This document shows, piece after piece, positions 1-12,723 of a DNA stretch of 64,000 nucleotides. Origin of the DNA: Lama glama (taxonomy: Eukaryota); assembly GCA_028534125.1 (NCBI GenBank), contig CM052817.1:18044001-18108000 (forward strand). Reading direction: 5' to 3'. Under the pieces are notes generated by a model. That model ran no database searches, was not told the origin of the DNA, and saw nothing but the letters and a program-made list of their open reading frames with translations. Position 1 is the first letter of the stretch. Each line of letters begins with the position of its first letter. Both the position numbers and the translations under genes were made by a program.

Positions 1-271
1 CTTTTAGGTGACTTTCTTGTCAAAAATATGGGTCTTCCAATGTGACAGTTTCTTTTTTAATCAGTGTGTTTATTCTATTTACATTTAATGTAATTGATTA
101 CTGAATTACAGTGATATCAATTAACATTATGTCCTATCTTGATAGACATTTTGTGTATGTTCCTTGTGCTCTTTGTTTTTTTCCCTCTTTTCCTGCCTAC
201 TTTTGATTTTTTTTAGTCCCTTTTATCTTCAGTATTGGATTATTATTTATAAATATTTTTTGATAGATACC

Positions 272-645
272 TGTCTTAGTTCAGTCTGCTACAACAAATT
301 ATCATAAATTGACTGTCTTATAAACAACAGAGATTTATTTCTCACAGTTCTGTAGACTGTAAGTCTAAGATCAGGTTGCTAGTATGGTCGAGTTCCAGTG
401 AGGACCATCTAAGTTGCAGACTGCTGACTTCTCACTGTATCCTCACATGATGGAGAGCAGAGAGGGAAAACAAGCCCTCTCATGACTTATGAGGTCACTA
501 ATCCCAATCATGAGAACCCACCTTCATAGCTTTAATCCTAATTAACTTCCAAAGGCCACACCACTTTCCTAATACCGTCACATCGGGGGGTCTAGTTTGA
601 ACATATGAATTAGGGGGAGAGGGCATAAGCATTCAGTATATAACA
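272..645 (-). mobile_element. MaLR solo LTR, MLT1A-like
   Basis: TG...CA termini and the diagnostic 'tttatttctcacagttctg...aagtctaagatcagg' and 'taatcccaatcatgag' blocks. Confidence 0.85.
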
Positions 646-699
646 GTGCCCCAGGGCTTTTAATACACATCTGTAATTAATCACATTCTATTTTCATAT

Positions 700-1300
700 A
701 AACTCCAGGCCTGGAGGGCTTCATGGGCAAATTCTACCAAACATTTCAGGAATAAATAATATCAATCATTTTTCCTCTGGCTGCTAACAGGATCTTTAGT
801 TGTCAGCAGTTTGTTATGATGTATCTGGGCATGGATTTCTTGGGTTTATCCTTTTGGGGGTTTGCTGAACTTCTTGAATCTGAGGCTTACTTCTTTTGCC
901 AAATTTAGGAAATTTTCAACCATTATTTCATCAAATATTTTTTTCTGTACCACACTTATTCTCCTTTTCTTCTGGAATTCCAGTGACAAAAATGTTAAAA
1001 CTTTCAATCTTATCCCATGGGTGTCTGAAGCTCTGTTCATTTTGTTTTCAATCCTTTTTACGCTATAGTTCAGACTAGATAGTTTCTGTTGATTTATATT
1101 CAAATTCACTGGCTCTCTCATTGGTTATTTTCATTTTGCTATTGGATCCATCCGGTGAGGGTTTTTGTTGTTGTTACTGTTTTGTTGTTTTTGTATTTTC
1201 CAGTTCTAAACTTCCCATTTGGTTCTTAACAAAACTCAGAACTGTGCATTATAAAAACAAATTCTACTATACATAAATTATACCTCAATAAACTTTATTT
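700..1300 (-). mobile_element. Old L1 fragments: ORF1 remnant on the minus strand, with short + strand ORF2 and 3'-end pieces
   Basis: ORF 846-1121(-) contains KIFDEIMVENFLNLAKE, the L1 ORF1p motif IFEEII.ENFPNL. Confidence 0.8.
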
Positions 1301-2545
1301 CTAAGAAACTAATTCTGTGCTACATATACTAGGGAGCAGGGAGGCATGACATGTGGTGAGACACTATGCGAGATCCAGTAAAATGAAACTAGTTGAAGTT
1401 AATAATTTAGACTTGAAAGTTAGTGAATTTTTAAAATTTAAAATATCCGGTGACCAAAACTTTCTTTGGCGTCTATAAAAAGATATTCCAAAACCAACCA
1501 AAAAGCTTGACTTATCAGTACTACTGCTTACATGTGTCTTGTTATATTAGAACAATAGTTATCTAGTGTTGAGGAATTTCTGAAAGTTGGGGGTCTTTCT
1601 CAATCTTAAGAGAATTAATTTGACACCAGCAAAGGCAACCTCTGGATCCCATTCTCTCTGTTAAGAAAAAAGCAGTTATTTATCTATATAATATGATAAC
1701 AATTTTAACAAAGAGTTTGGCTAGTACCTCTCAGGGCAGTCAAGTGATGTTTAGTTGCTGATAGATAGCACAGAAATGTGAGGGGCTATTTTATCTCTTT
1801 AGGCACCAAAGCTAAAGAGTTTATTTCTTGTTTCCAGAGATAAATTGTTATTGTAAATTTACCTACTTATAAAAACAGTGAGATCTCATACTTCTTAGGA
1901 TTTTGGGGGGGGACAAAATAGAATTTAATTGAATTTTCTGGTTGATCTTTTAGAGTTCTGATAACCTACTTTTCAAAACAAAAGGTTTGAGATCAGAAAT
2001 CTATTTCTAAATTCCCTTATAGTTTTAAAACTATTCTTCTTTGTCTTCAAAAACTCCTACCTATTGTTTTATTTTTTTATCCTATGTAGCTATTTGAGTG
2101 AAAGGTTGGAATATAACTTATTGAATTGTAAAAATATGCAGCTATCAAGCTCTCTTTCAGGTATTTTGAATAAAAATTCAAATTGTTTGCCTTGAACTGT
2201 TAAGACTCTAAGACCACCTCATTGATAGCTAATTAGTACACACCCTGAAAGACAGGAATGTAGTAGTGAGTGTACTAAAGGATCAACTCATACATAAAGT
2301 AGGGCCCAGCAATGTAATTCTTTCTCTTTAATACTTTGAGATCACTAATTTGAGGACTCATGGTTTCTCACTATTGCACTTTTACTGCTTTTAATAGAGT
2401 GCTTGAGTTTTAAATGTTCAGGTGATTTTTAAGACCCACAAAGGAGTTACCTTAATAATCGAACTGGTTATGTTCTTCTGATACTGCTTTTTGATGAGAA
2501 AAAATTCCCCTGGTAAAACTTGTTTTCTTTTTTCTTTGCTTACAG

Positions 2546-2661
2546 ACTTCGCATATCATTTAAATGGATGGTTCGAGCTTTCTCTGGATACTTAGCTACA
2601 GATCAGCTCTTGCTTTTGTGGGATAGAATCCTAGGGTACAACTCTCTGGAAATTCTTGCTG
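2546..2661 (+). CDS. TBC1D19: TBC1 domain family member 19, third-to-last coding exon (116 nt, phase 2/1): LRISFKWMVRAFSGYLATDQLLLLWDRILGYNSLEILA
   Basis: Pyrimidine tract plus tacag acceptor (AG 2544-2545) and donor G|gtaaga at 2662. The peptide has the TBC Rab-GAP C-terminal 'WDRIL' motif and matches the recalled TBC1D19 C-terminus. It splices in frame to 7268. Confidence 0.96.
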
Positions 2662-3829
2662 GTAAGAGTAAGTGCTTGTTTGTAAATCACATGCTGTTTT
2701 TAGGGTAAAGCCCCTTTCCCTTCTAACATTCACCGTCCGTAATTGGAGTGTGACCCTACAGTTGTCTGTCATTTCTAATTCACGAACATTTAATAGATTT
2801 ATCTGCCTTAGAAGTCAAGCACTGCCTATATAACTGCCCAACACCAGTCCACTCCTAGTCTTTCTGGACTTCCAGGAAAGTCCATTATCCCTCCCCTGCT
2901 TTTAGTTCAGCCTAGGCTTACGGTCTCAGCATCCGCTGGGTTTGTGCAGCCATGTAGCACACTTCCGCTCTTCTCCTGACTCCTCTGACGCTCTTAGCGT
3001 TCTGTTCTGTGCCCCTTCACAACTGCTGCCTAAAATCCAGACTCACACTGAGCCTCCCTGCGTAGCTGAAACCTCAGCTCTTCTGGACTTAAGTTTCTGC
3101 TGAATTTAAAACCTTTTCGTTTTTGCTAGCAGCCTCTGACTCCTGGCCTGATGGGCTGTTTTCCTTGTTAGGTAGTCTCTTAAGCCAAAAAGAAATTTTT
3201 TTTTTCAGGAATCCACAAATCCATCTTTTATTTAATAATTAAGCAGTTCTTGCAACAGATACACACACAGACAACTGTTTGATAATGCATACGGCACAGA
3301 TTTCTTATTATATTATTTTGCTTCTCTTATGCAAAATAGACTCAATATTTTTATCATTAGGATTATCAGGAAATTCAAAATAAGTATTACAGGGTTTTCA
3401 CATGGATGGAGGGTGGAAAAGTTGGCAGAGTGCTGGTTCCAACCTTCTCCAGTTGTGTGATATTGAGCAAATTATGCAGCGTGTGTGAACCTTTGTTTCT
3501 TTACCCAATGTAAAGAACAAGTGTGTTGTAAAGACCCCTCTCTGGGCCACTTGGAAATAATGCTTAATTGAAGATCCTTTTCTCGCAGAAGATTCTCTCG
3601 GTATCATATGAATATACTTTTGAATGCTAAGAGGTCTAGAGTAATTAGGTGGCATTTTGAAAAGGAAAATTAGGGTAATAACAAAGTGCCATGAAGATAA
3701 ACGTTGCCCCTGGTGTACTCAGAGATGACAACTCCCAGTACCCTTCTATCTCTGTTGTTTTTAAAGCCCTTACAAACATGAGTTAGGAAGAAATGGTCTG
3801 TCCTGATCTTTTTTGGCTGAATGGCAGTG

Positions 3830-4400
3830 AACCATACGGTCTAGAGATGGAAGGACTCCTAGAGATCATCAGTACAACTTCTTTTAAATGGTTCTGACAG
3901 GCAGTCCTTATCAGCCTCTGTCTGAATGTTCAGTGTTGGGTAATCTCTGTCTTACCAAGTAGCCACTTTCATTTCTGAGTAATATAACTTGTTACAATGT
4001 ACTGCCATTACACCAGGGTCACCATCAGGTTTTTTCTACCTCTCAGCCCCTCTTTTCCCCGAAGTCTTCTATTTTCTGGGCTAAGTAGTCTTGTTTTTTT
4101 GCTACCATTTCTCAGGTGACAGGATTTTAGATTTTCCACCAAATAACTCTCTTCGAGGTAGGTTGTAAATTTTAAAGAGTATTGCATGTAGCTTTTTGTA
4201 TCATTTCAAAAAGACATTAGAGAATATTTAAGAAATGGGTTCAGTATAAGAAAGTACTTTCTAACGATTAGGACTTTCCAAAAGTAGAATGGGCTTTTTA
4301 ACTGTCACCTGAAGGATTAAGAGGTTTTCTGTCATGAAAGAAATGTTGAATTGAAAGACTTTCAAAGCCTCTTCCAATTTAAATTCTCCCATTCTGTAAC
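3830..4400. mobile_element. Two CR1/L3 fragments in opposite orientation (~3830-4160 minus, ~4225-4400 plus)
   Basis: 'gatggaaggactcctagagatcatc' and 'aagaaagtactttctaacgattagg...cccttccaat...attctgtaa' resemble the L3 3' end. Confidence 0.6.
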
Positions 4401-5894
4401 TTAGCAGCCCTCAGCAAACTGAAGTAAGAGAGAAATAAGGGAGTGGTGATTGCTGCATTTGCTCTAAGCCAGGTACTCTGCTCTGAACTTAATACATTTA
4501 AAAAAGTTACTGATGAACAGGTAGACGTGCAGTCCACACTTGCATCCATTCACTTTCTCTGAGTGTTTTTAAAAAATCAACAGGGAAGAATTGTAGAACA
4601 TCTAGAAATGGAGTTAGACTGATGGGCACTCCCCTACCATGGAATTCCGATCAAGAGCCAGAGGATAGGTAACTACAAGTAGATGGATACAAATCAGGTT
4701 TGATTATCTTATGCATTTTCTGTTCTGCATATTTTAGGGCTACCTTTTTTGCTCAAGTGAGTCTATATGGTCTTTAGAAATACTTTAGTAAATATCACTG
4801 GTTTGAATTGTGAATTAATTGGGGGCTTTTGAAGAACAGTATAAAGCACAGGTGTCTTAACGTTCATGATAGAGTTGCTTAGAATTAAAGTAACAAGAAC
4901 AGGTTAAAAGACCAAGGTAAATATTTGAGTTTCTATGTTTCATATGAAGCATGATTTCAGTTGAAAATATCCCAAAGTATAGACCTTTTCTCCTTGGCAA
5001 ATTAACTTGGTCTGCGGAAGGGCTGGGCAAACCAAACATGAAGCAGACGGAAAGGAAGCTCTGTGATGTGACATCAAGATAAATAAAGGTTATGAGCACA
5101 TAAGCATTTTGGGTGCTGAAGCTAATTAGTGAACTGCTCTTTTTCCCCCCTCTTATCTACCTTTGGAAAAACAATTTCCCGCCATGTAAAACTCTTTCCT
5201 GCTACAGCAGAAAATTTGACCATGCTGTCAAGCTTTCACCAACTCCGTTAAATTATACACAAAAAAAGGAAATGGTGATCACATTAGCTTCTAAAATGTC
5301 TCCATTGTCAAATATGATTCCAGATGTTAGAAAACCATAAAGTTGCTGGTCCACAGGCCTGGTTTTCTTTGATACTCTTGTAAAAATGGAAGCTCAGTGA
5401 CTTTAAAGTACTTTAATTTTCTCTATTTCAATTAAAGGGCCAATTCTTTGTCCCAGATCTCTTATATCCCTTGTTACATATTAGATAATCCCTACTAATT
5501 TGGCTGTTTAAATTTTGTTTTACCATTACCACCTATTTTCCCCTAGAGTTTTTCTCTCTAACAAGCCCTAATTTATTTATTTATTTATTTTTTATTTGGC
5601 CAAACTGTCCAAAAATCTATTGTCCCCTCAAAAAGTGCCTGTGCTTCCCAGTCACTGGCTGCACTCGGCCCCTGTCTGAGGAAGCTAAGAGGCCTTGATC
5701 CTGACTTCTGCTCCTCAGGCACTACCACCTACCTCGTGGTCCAGAGCCCAGGACCAGCATGGCACCATCCTTCAGGCCACTCTGGAAAACCATCCTGAGG
5801 GACAGAAAAGAAAGTGATTCTTAGGAAAGCAGTAGATTTCCATGTCAGGGATGAGTCATTTCTGCTTACCTTCAGTCTCAGCAATGTCATCACA

Positions 5895-6065
5895 TGGTGG
5901 TTGAATGCTTGGGCTCTGGCGTCAGAGATGAGTGTTCACTGTGCTGTATTCAACTTGTGTGACTCCAGATATGTCGTCCAGACTCACAGCACCTCAGTTT
6001 CCACATTAGTAAAATGGGGTAACATTAGTACTTAACTCATAGAGTTGATATGAGAATTAACTCAT
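5895..6065 (+). mobile_element. MIR SINE
   Basis: Core 'cctcagtttcc.cat..gtaaaatgggg'. Confidence 0.75.
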
Positions 6066-6872
6066 ATCATTATTATTGTTCCCATAGAGAAAAAATATTT
6101 TTAAAAATTTGCATTAGCTATGCAGTATACTTAGAAACCAGTCTTCCAAATAATTTTAAAGATTCCTTACCATTCATTTCCTAAACTCCAAGGATTTGTT
6201 GGGTAGGGACTGCACTTCCACCCCTGGTGATGGAAAAAGTGGGGAGAAGTCACATCATGATGACAGAGTACCATCTCCTTATCAGAATTGCCTCAACCTG
6301 TTACATGGGTCCTTCCATTGTTCATGGTGACTCTTTCCCTTTCATGAGGTTTTATGGTAGATTAGATAATAAAACGTACTGCATGTCAGCATTATTCTTT
6401 TCATATGCATATGATTCATGGGAACAAAAATCCAGATGTGGTTTTCTACTCGATATATACTGTTGACCTTCAGGATGTTCTATAATGGTTGATTGGTTGG
6501 TTGGTTTTCAAAGTTTCAACTTCTTTTTCCTGTAGCCAACATTAGTGTAAATGTCAGGATCAGTCCCACAGCAGCCCACCCCACTCACACATCCACTTAT
6601 GACACTCTAAGAAAATCAGTGCTGAGTACAAAAATATAAATATTACAAAATATTATAAAAATAGTTTTAAGGAAAGACTTTATTGCCACATTTTTTATCA
6701 GGATACCTCCTTGCTACACATGAAACATCATCTGATATTTTTAAAAATTCAATCTGCATATAACTCTCAGAAGCCTCTCCATTGCATCAGTAAGAAACAC
6801 CTGCATCCAAAGAAACCTTCATTTATATGACAGTCGTTAGATCTTCATGCCTTTTAAAAACTCACAATTGAA

Positions 6873-7012
6873 GGGGAGAGTACAGTTCAGGAGTAGAGTG
6901 TGTGCTTAGCATGCACGACGTCCTAGGTTCAATCCTCAGTACCTCTGTCAAAATAAATAAACCTAATTACCCCACTAAAAAAAAAAAAAGACAAAAAAAT
7001 AAACACAAATGA
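6873..7012 (+). mobile_element. Camelid tRNA-derived SINE (Vic-1-like)
   Basis: tRNA-like head with B box ggttcaatcc, 'aaataaacctaattacc' and A-rich tail. TSD core acaattgaa at 6864-6872 and 7022-7030. Confidence 0.9.
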
Positions 7013-7267
7013 AAAATTGTTACAATTGAAGTTTTAGGTATGAAAGAAACAATTTATAAAATGACTTTTTTAAGACCACTCAATTTCTCTTTTTCCCAAA
7101 ACGATGCCAGAGGAGACAATTTCCATTCATCATAATGAATAAGACCTTAACACAGAAGGCAGTCCTGCACTTACGTCTGAGGTCTCACAGTGGGTTGTGG
7201 GCATAGCAGTAAATTTGTCTGTCTGCTCAGCAGGCCAGCAGTTGAAATAGTGTGCATTCTTTTCCAG

Positions 7268-7338
7268 TCCTGGCAGCTGCTGTGTTTGCTTTCCGAGCAG
7301 TGAACCTGATGGAGGTGACATCACTGGCTGCAGCTGAA
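7268..7338 (+). CDS. TBC1D19: TBC1D19 penultimate coding exon (71 nt, phase 1/0): (V)LAAAVFAFRAVNLMEVTSLAAAE
   Basis: Acceptor ttcttttccag (AG 7266-7267) and donor GAA|gtaagg at 7339. Phases are compatible with both flanking exons. Confidence 0.95.
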
Positions 7339-8359
7339 GTAAGGATAAGTTTCACTCAGATGGGATGGAAATAGCTCCTGAGAGACCGCCAGGCGTGGGC
7401 ACTTCGGTCCCAGACACGCAGGACACACAACACTCGTAGCCTAGTTTGTTTAACTTGGGCAAAACCTCTAAGTTTCGAGCTAAGTAATATTAAGTATTCA
7501 AAATCCATAACTACTTGAAAACAATGCTCTTGAGAAGGAGTCATAAACAGATTGTTATAGGAAACTACTATAATCATTATGGGAAACAGGAGGCCTAGTC
7601 ATTTTAATAGGAGCTACTGGGGTTTATGTTGCGTGTTGTTGTAATTGTTCACATCCACGCATTATGCTCCTAGAGCAAAGACAAACTCGTTAAAGGAATT
7701 AAAGAGCATATATTTGGATGATATAGTAAAGATATAGGGGCTTTGTGGTTATTTTTAGTTGTGAGTTAATTATTTAAAGCTGATTTCTTTTCAAGAGTAT
7801 AACTTATACCTGAAACATGATTCAATTAAATAGTGGCTTACAGTATTCCTCTCTTTGTTATCGCTCACAGAAGTGTAAATTTTATCCTTAAAATAGCTGC
7901 CTACATTCTTGTTTAAAGGGAAGAGGATGTTTATGCATCTTGCAACTGAATAAACATTAGTTTCATCTCAAAATGATTTCCCAAAGTCAGTTACTCCTTA
8001 CACTAGTATAACAGGACAGGATTCATAATGTACGTTTATTTATAGAAGCATGTTGAAATGTTAGACCTCTTAGAAACTCATGCTACCTTGTGTATTTGAA
8101 GAAGGCTCAAGGCTAGAGTCCAGGTTATTTTCTACCACACATTTGAGCATTTTACACACGTTCTAGCATTAAGATATTCAGAAAAGAGAAGGAAGGTTGT
8201 AGCTTCAGTACAGAGATTTGGGACAAATCTGAAGGACTTAGAGCGTGTTGATGTCAGAACTGCATTGTAAGGGTGTTTCCATTGTACCTTATTTCATAGG
8301 CTTCACTTTGTTGACCAGAACACCCATATTAATAATTCCTTTTTGTTTGTTTGTTTCAG

Positions 8360-8434
8360 GCAGTTCTTGCTGACCTTTCTACTTTAAAAGTTATGCCTCT
8401 TCTTCAGATTTTTCTATTTGCTACTGTCACCTGA
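8360..8434 (+). CDS. TBC1D19: TBC1D19 terminal coding exon: AVLADLSTLKVMPLLQIFLFATVT-stop
   Basis: Acceptor ttttgtttgtttgtttcag (AG 8358-8359) and TGA at 8432-8434. Completes the recalled TBC1D19 C-terminus. Confidence 0.95.
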   Translation, partial: AVLADLSTLKVMPLLQIFLFATVT

Positions 8435-8537
8435 TCTTCTCCAAGGTCACTGACAACACATCTAGTTTTTCATTAGAAAGTAATCATGAACTATGCAAAC
8501 TCTGCATAAAACCAAAATTAAACTTTGCATATAAGCC

Positions 8538-8543
8538 AATAAA
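8538..8543 (+). terminator. Proximal polyadenylation signal AATAAA
   Basis: AATAAA 104 nt after the stop, with T-rich downstream sequence (gtagttttttcactttttg). Confidence 0.5.
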
Positions 8544-8750
8544 GATCATGTTCCCTCCTCAGTTAAACCTAAGTAGTTTTTCACTTTTTGAAACAATAGC
8601 TTTGCACACCATGTCATGAATGCACTGCATGCTGCTGAATTTCAAGAGAGAAGCAATAGACTTAACTTCTGCTAAACTGAGCACACTCTAGATAATCCTG
8701 GGTTGTGAAAGGCATGTAACAATAGATGCAATAAGAACTAAAGATACTGT

Positions 8751-8756
8751 AATAAA
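8751..8756 (+). terminator. Middle polyadenylation signal AATAAA
   Basis: AATAAA preceded by TGTA motifs and followed by GT/T-rich sequence. Confidence 0.45.
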
Positions 8757-9767
8757 CTTGAAGAGGTAATGTAGCCTCTGGGACAATTCTCTTATGTCAG
8801 TTTGTAAATTTGTCTCTAGATAATGAATCATTTTGTCTTATAAATTGCTCTTCACTCAGAGCCAGGGGTGGGGTAGGATGTGGGAAGACTTGAAAAAGAT
8901 AATGCTTTTAAATAGGAATTCAAATGTCCTTTGGTGTTTTTAACAACCTTTCTCTCATCAGAGATCTTCTAGATCCCTCCCACCTTATTTCTCCCTCAAA
9001 GATCTCTGTTGGGGAAGGCCAAATGCAGTCATCTCTAGCTGACAGTATTTCAGTCATGATTTCTGGAAAAAAGGAAATTACAGAGTGATCCCTTCAAACT
9101 TCGCAACCTTGCGTCTCTTGGTTAGAAGCCTTGACGGGGCTGAGGTTGACAGATTCCGTTACTTGAGAAGTATACAAAGAAGACACCCAACGATTCCGTG
9201 AAGGGAATGAAAAATCAGAACTACATCCGCTTTAACTGAAGCGTGGTTTAACAAGATTTACCTCTAGGACAGAGCAGCGTAGAGAGGCCAGAAGTAGGTA
9301 CTATACATTCACTCTAGAAGTGAAGACATTCTGCAAGACATCAGTCTCATTTTGGTCCTTATTGTAAGTGAAGGGTCTTATTTTATATCTCTACTTAAAG
9401 ACCTAGCATTTCTGTAATACAGAATAATAGAATGTGAGGGGAAAAAAAGCCTAAAAATCATTGTCTTTCAATTTTAAACTCAAAGTCGAGATGCTGATCA
9501 TTTCAACAAAACTCTGAATCAGTAGATTAATAGTCTTACTGAATGCCTAGAATTGTACTAAGTTTTATCCAAATGTATTTCCTGAGCCTTTTATTAAGAG
9601 AGTATATGTTAGGAAATGTATGAGGTTTAGCACAAGACTGCAAGCCTGGTGAAATTTGATGTAACTGCTAGTTATTAACTTGAAAACCTAAATGATATGC
9701 TTTTATCCATCAGGTACTTGTTGACTTGTTGAGGACTAAATAATCATTTATTCAGTGAGTGATTCTT

Positions 9768-9773
9768 AATAAA
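9768..9773 (+). terminator. Distal polyadenylation signal AATAAA
   Basis: AATAAA followed by T/GT-rich sequence (ctctgtgtgt near 9826). Confidence 0.5.
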
Positions 9774-11569
9774 CCCCACTTTACTGCTTTTGCAGGTGGT
9801 ACAGTTATAATCATACTCTTTGCCGCTCTGTGTGTACCAATGCACGTTCATCACAAGGATGAGCACACGCCTGACTGCTGTCTCCCTCTCTTCCCTGTTA
9901 GGAAGAGAGAGAGTTTTGGATGATTGGGGTCATATGTATACAGATACACCCATCTTTGGCTTTTTTCTTTAGGAGAATATCCATAAGCTTTTTTAAAAGT
10001 GTTAATGTAGTAGTCTAGCAGAAGAATTAGACTGGAGAGTTCTTGTCCTAGCTCTAAGTCCCTAGATAATTTAATCTCTTGTGTCTGTAAGTTGGGTGCA
10101 GGAGGTTAGGAGGGGCGGGAAGCGGACAGGCAGCAGGAACTTTTTGTATTTGCTCTGTTTACCTTAAAGGGTTGAGTAAGACCGAATGAAAAAATATGTT
10201 TGAAAGTGATTTTTTTTTTAAACTACAAAGCACCAAGCAAATATAAGAGGTTGTCAGTAATCAATTTTAAATATGACATTTTAAGGTCAAGTGGTAGAAG
10301 ATAATTTGTGAAGAATGCCCAACTTCCTTAGCTTTTGTATGACTTTATTTGATGATTTGAGGCTTTATCCATATCTTTAAAAAATGAATGGACCATGGCA
10401 TACAGATCCTTTCATTTGGAACAGGTGGCTCCAGCCCGTAGTCCTGAATCTGAATCCCAAAACCAAACCTGGGAGGCTGCCAGGCATTTTGCTACGGTCA
10501 CAAACCCCGTCTGAGTCACGGGCTGCTCTTGGCTGCTTATGAAAATACTGCATGGGGGGCACTCAGGTTGCCTCAGCCACTCCGTCTCCAGCTGCACTCC
10601 GCACAGTACTGGCCTCCTTCCTCCAGCGTCCTCCCAAGCCATCTCCCACCAACCCCTGACGCCCTGGCCTAGGCTCTGCCCGTGATCACAGGGATCTGAG
10701 TGACCAGTGATAATTACATAAGTATTCTGCCTGAGGCATTCTCACCGAAGATGAGATGGCCTAATAGACCAATTATATTTGGTTTTTCTGATTATCAGTT
10801 CACTAATGTGGTATGTACAGTCTTATATTATGAAAGTTTATTGAACAATCTCTTTGATCAGAATATTTTGGTAATGCAGCATTGAGGGCTAACTGTAGTT
10901 TCCAGCCTGTCTGAACGGCATGCACCGCTTACACACAGCACGTGCTCTCTCTGCCTGTTTTGTAGAGAAACTAGACACCATTAGGCTTGAACTCCCTCGG
11001 CTTCCAGCTCACAACTTGGCTTTATTCCCCAACACTTATCTCCGTTCTTATCTCAGGAAGTGTCTAATCTGCTCCTGCACTCTCTAAATACAGGTTCCGC
11101 CGTGTCACTTATATGCTTAAAAAGTAAACACTACCCCATTGCTTCAAGGGGAAAGTCCAGGCTCTGTAGCGTAGTGGGGGGAAAGTCTCCACAACTTGAT
11201 CTTCCCGTTCCTGTACTCCCACCCTGCTCACCATCCCGCTTCACTTCAGCCTGACCAGATTACGTGCTGGTCCTCCACCAGCTGTGGCCACGTACTTTGT
11301 CTCTTCCAGAAAGACCTCCACTGTTCAAGGCCCCACTAAAAATCTCTCCACTATTGTGAAGGTACCCAGAGCCTATAAATTAGAATTACACTCTACTCTT
11401 TTTCTCATAAAACCATTCATTTACTAATATGGTGCTTAGAATATTGAGTGATAGTTTTTTTGTACACGTGTGAAGTCTCACATCACTTTATTCTGAAGTC
11501 AGTAGGCATGGAAGATGAAAGAGGAAATTTGTCCATGTGTGTTTGTACCCCCTGACTTGTTCTAAAAAT

Positions 11570-12019
11570 TGTTGGAATCTGTTTTTCTTACAACATAATT
11601 CCTCATCAGCATCTATAGTCTCCCTTCTTCTACAAAGACTCTAATTTTTCCTTGGAGATCGACCGCCTCCTGCATGTGCTTCAGATGAGGCTGACTCCCA
11701 CCTCCAGGACCTCTGGGTCCCGGCCAAGTGGTCATTAAGTACCATCCCTCTGGCCACAGGGATTGCTTCAGGATCGGCACAAAATCTAAGACTGTGCAAA
11801 ATCAATGAAAGTTGGTTCTGAGGCTTTGATTTAATCTTTCAGGGAGGATGGATATAGGGTCTGGCGCTGCCCCAGCCTAGGGACGGAAGGAGCAGGAAGC
11901 TGCTCTGTTGACCTTGCTGACCTCATGTCACCCCCCCCCCCAGTCTCTGTCTGGACTGTTTACCCTGTTACATGAGCCAAAGATTCTCTTTGCAGCAGAA
12001 AGGATCCTCACTGTAGACA
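11570..12019 (+). mobile_element. Old MaLR LTR (MLT1K/L-like)
   Basis: 'ccatccctctggccacagggattg', 'gttacatgagccaa' and a CA end. Confidence 0.6.
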
Positions 12020-12149
12020 CAGTTATTTTCCTATTTAGGTAATCCTCTACAACATGGGTATCATTATTTGGCACAGGACCCCTATCTACACACTGGTTAA
12101 ACTAGGGGAATCTTTGTAAACTTCTTTTCAGTCAAGACACACCATGACC

Positions 12150-12540
12150 TCACAAGGACAATGTCCATGTTCCAGACCTACTAAGCTACCTGCAGTACCT
12201 GAAACACATGGTGTGACTCTCTCTCCTTTGTCCCTTTGCCCATATAGCACCCTCTGCTTGGAATGCCTTCTCTTCCCTCTTTACCGAACTCTTATTTGTA
12301 CCTCAAAACCCAACTCAGGTGTTGCATGACCAGGGAAGACTGCTTCTCTTCTGAATTCTTCTCATCCCTAAATGTACCTAAGCAGTATCATAACCATGTG
12401 CTAGCTTGTCTTTCTCTTCCACTGCACTGATCCCTTCAGGCAAAGATGGTTTCACTTTTCAGCTTTCTATCTCTAGAACCTGGCATAGTGCTTGCCCCTT
12501 AATGGGCTTTAGTAAACACTTAGTGAATGAATGAATGAAG
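12150..12540 (+). mobile_element. L2 3' end
   Basis: 'cctggcatagtgcttgc...gtaaacacttagtgaatgaatgaatga' L2 terminus. Confidence 0.75.
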
Positions 12541-12723
12541 TCAGCTAATCTAATTCACTCATTTTACTGATGAGGAAACTTGCTAGGTTCGGAGTAGTAA
12601 CTTACTTGTTCAGTGTCACCCCGTTATTTCACCCACTAGGTTGATTTGTGGAGTTGCCTGTGGAAATCCAATAAAGAAGAATATTTTGAGAGAAAAAAAA
12701 TGTAAACGCTTCAGTTCACTCAA

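Larger units (their letters stand above)
8435..9800 (+). other. TBC1D19: TBC1D19 3' UTR (extent approximate)
   Basis: Follows the stop codon, AT-rich, with AATAAA at 8538, 8751 and 9768. Confidence 0.6.

Noticed and set aside
2520..2708. 62-aa ORF as a standalone gene
   Set aside because: It is the TBC1D19 exon read through its flanking intron sequence.
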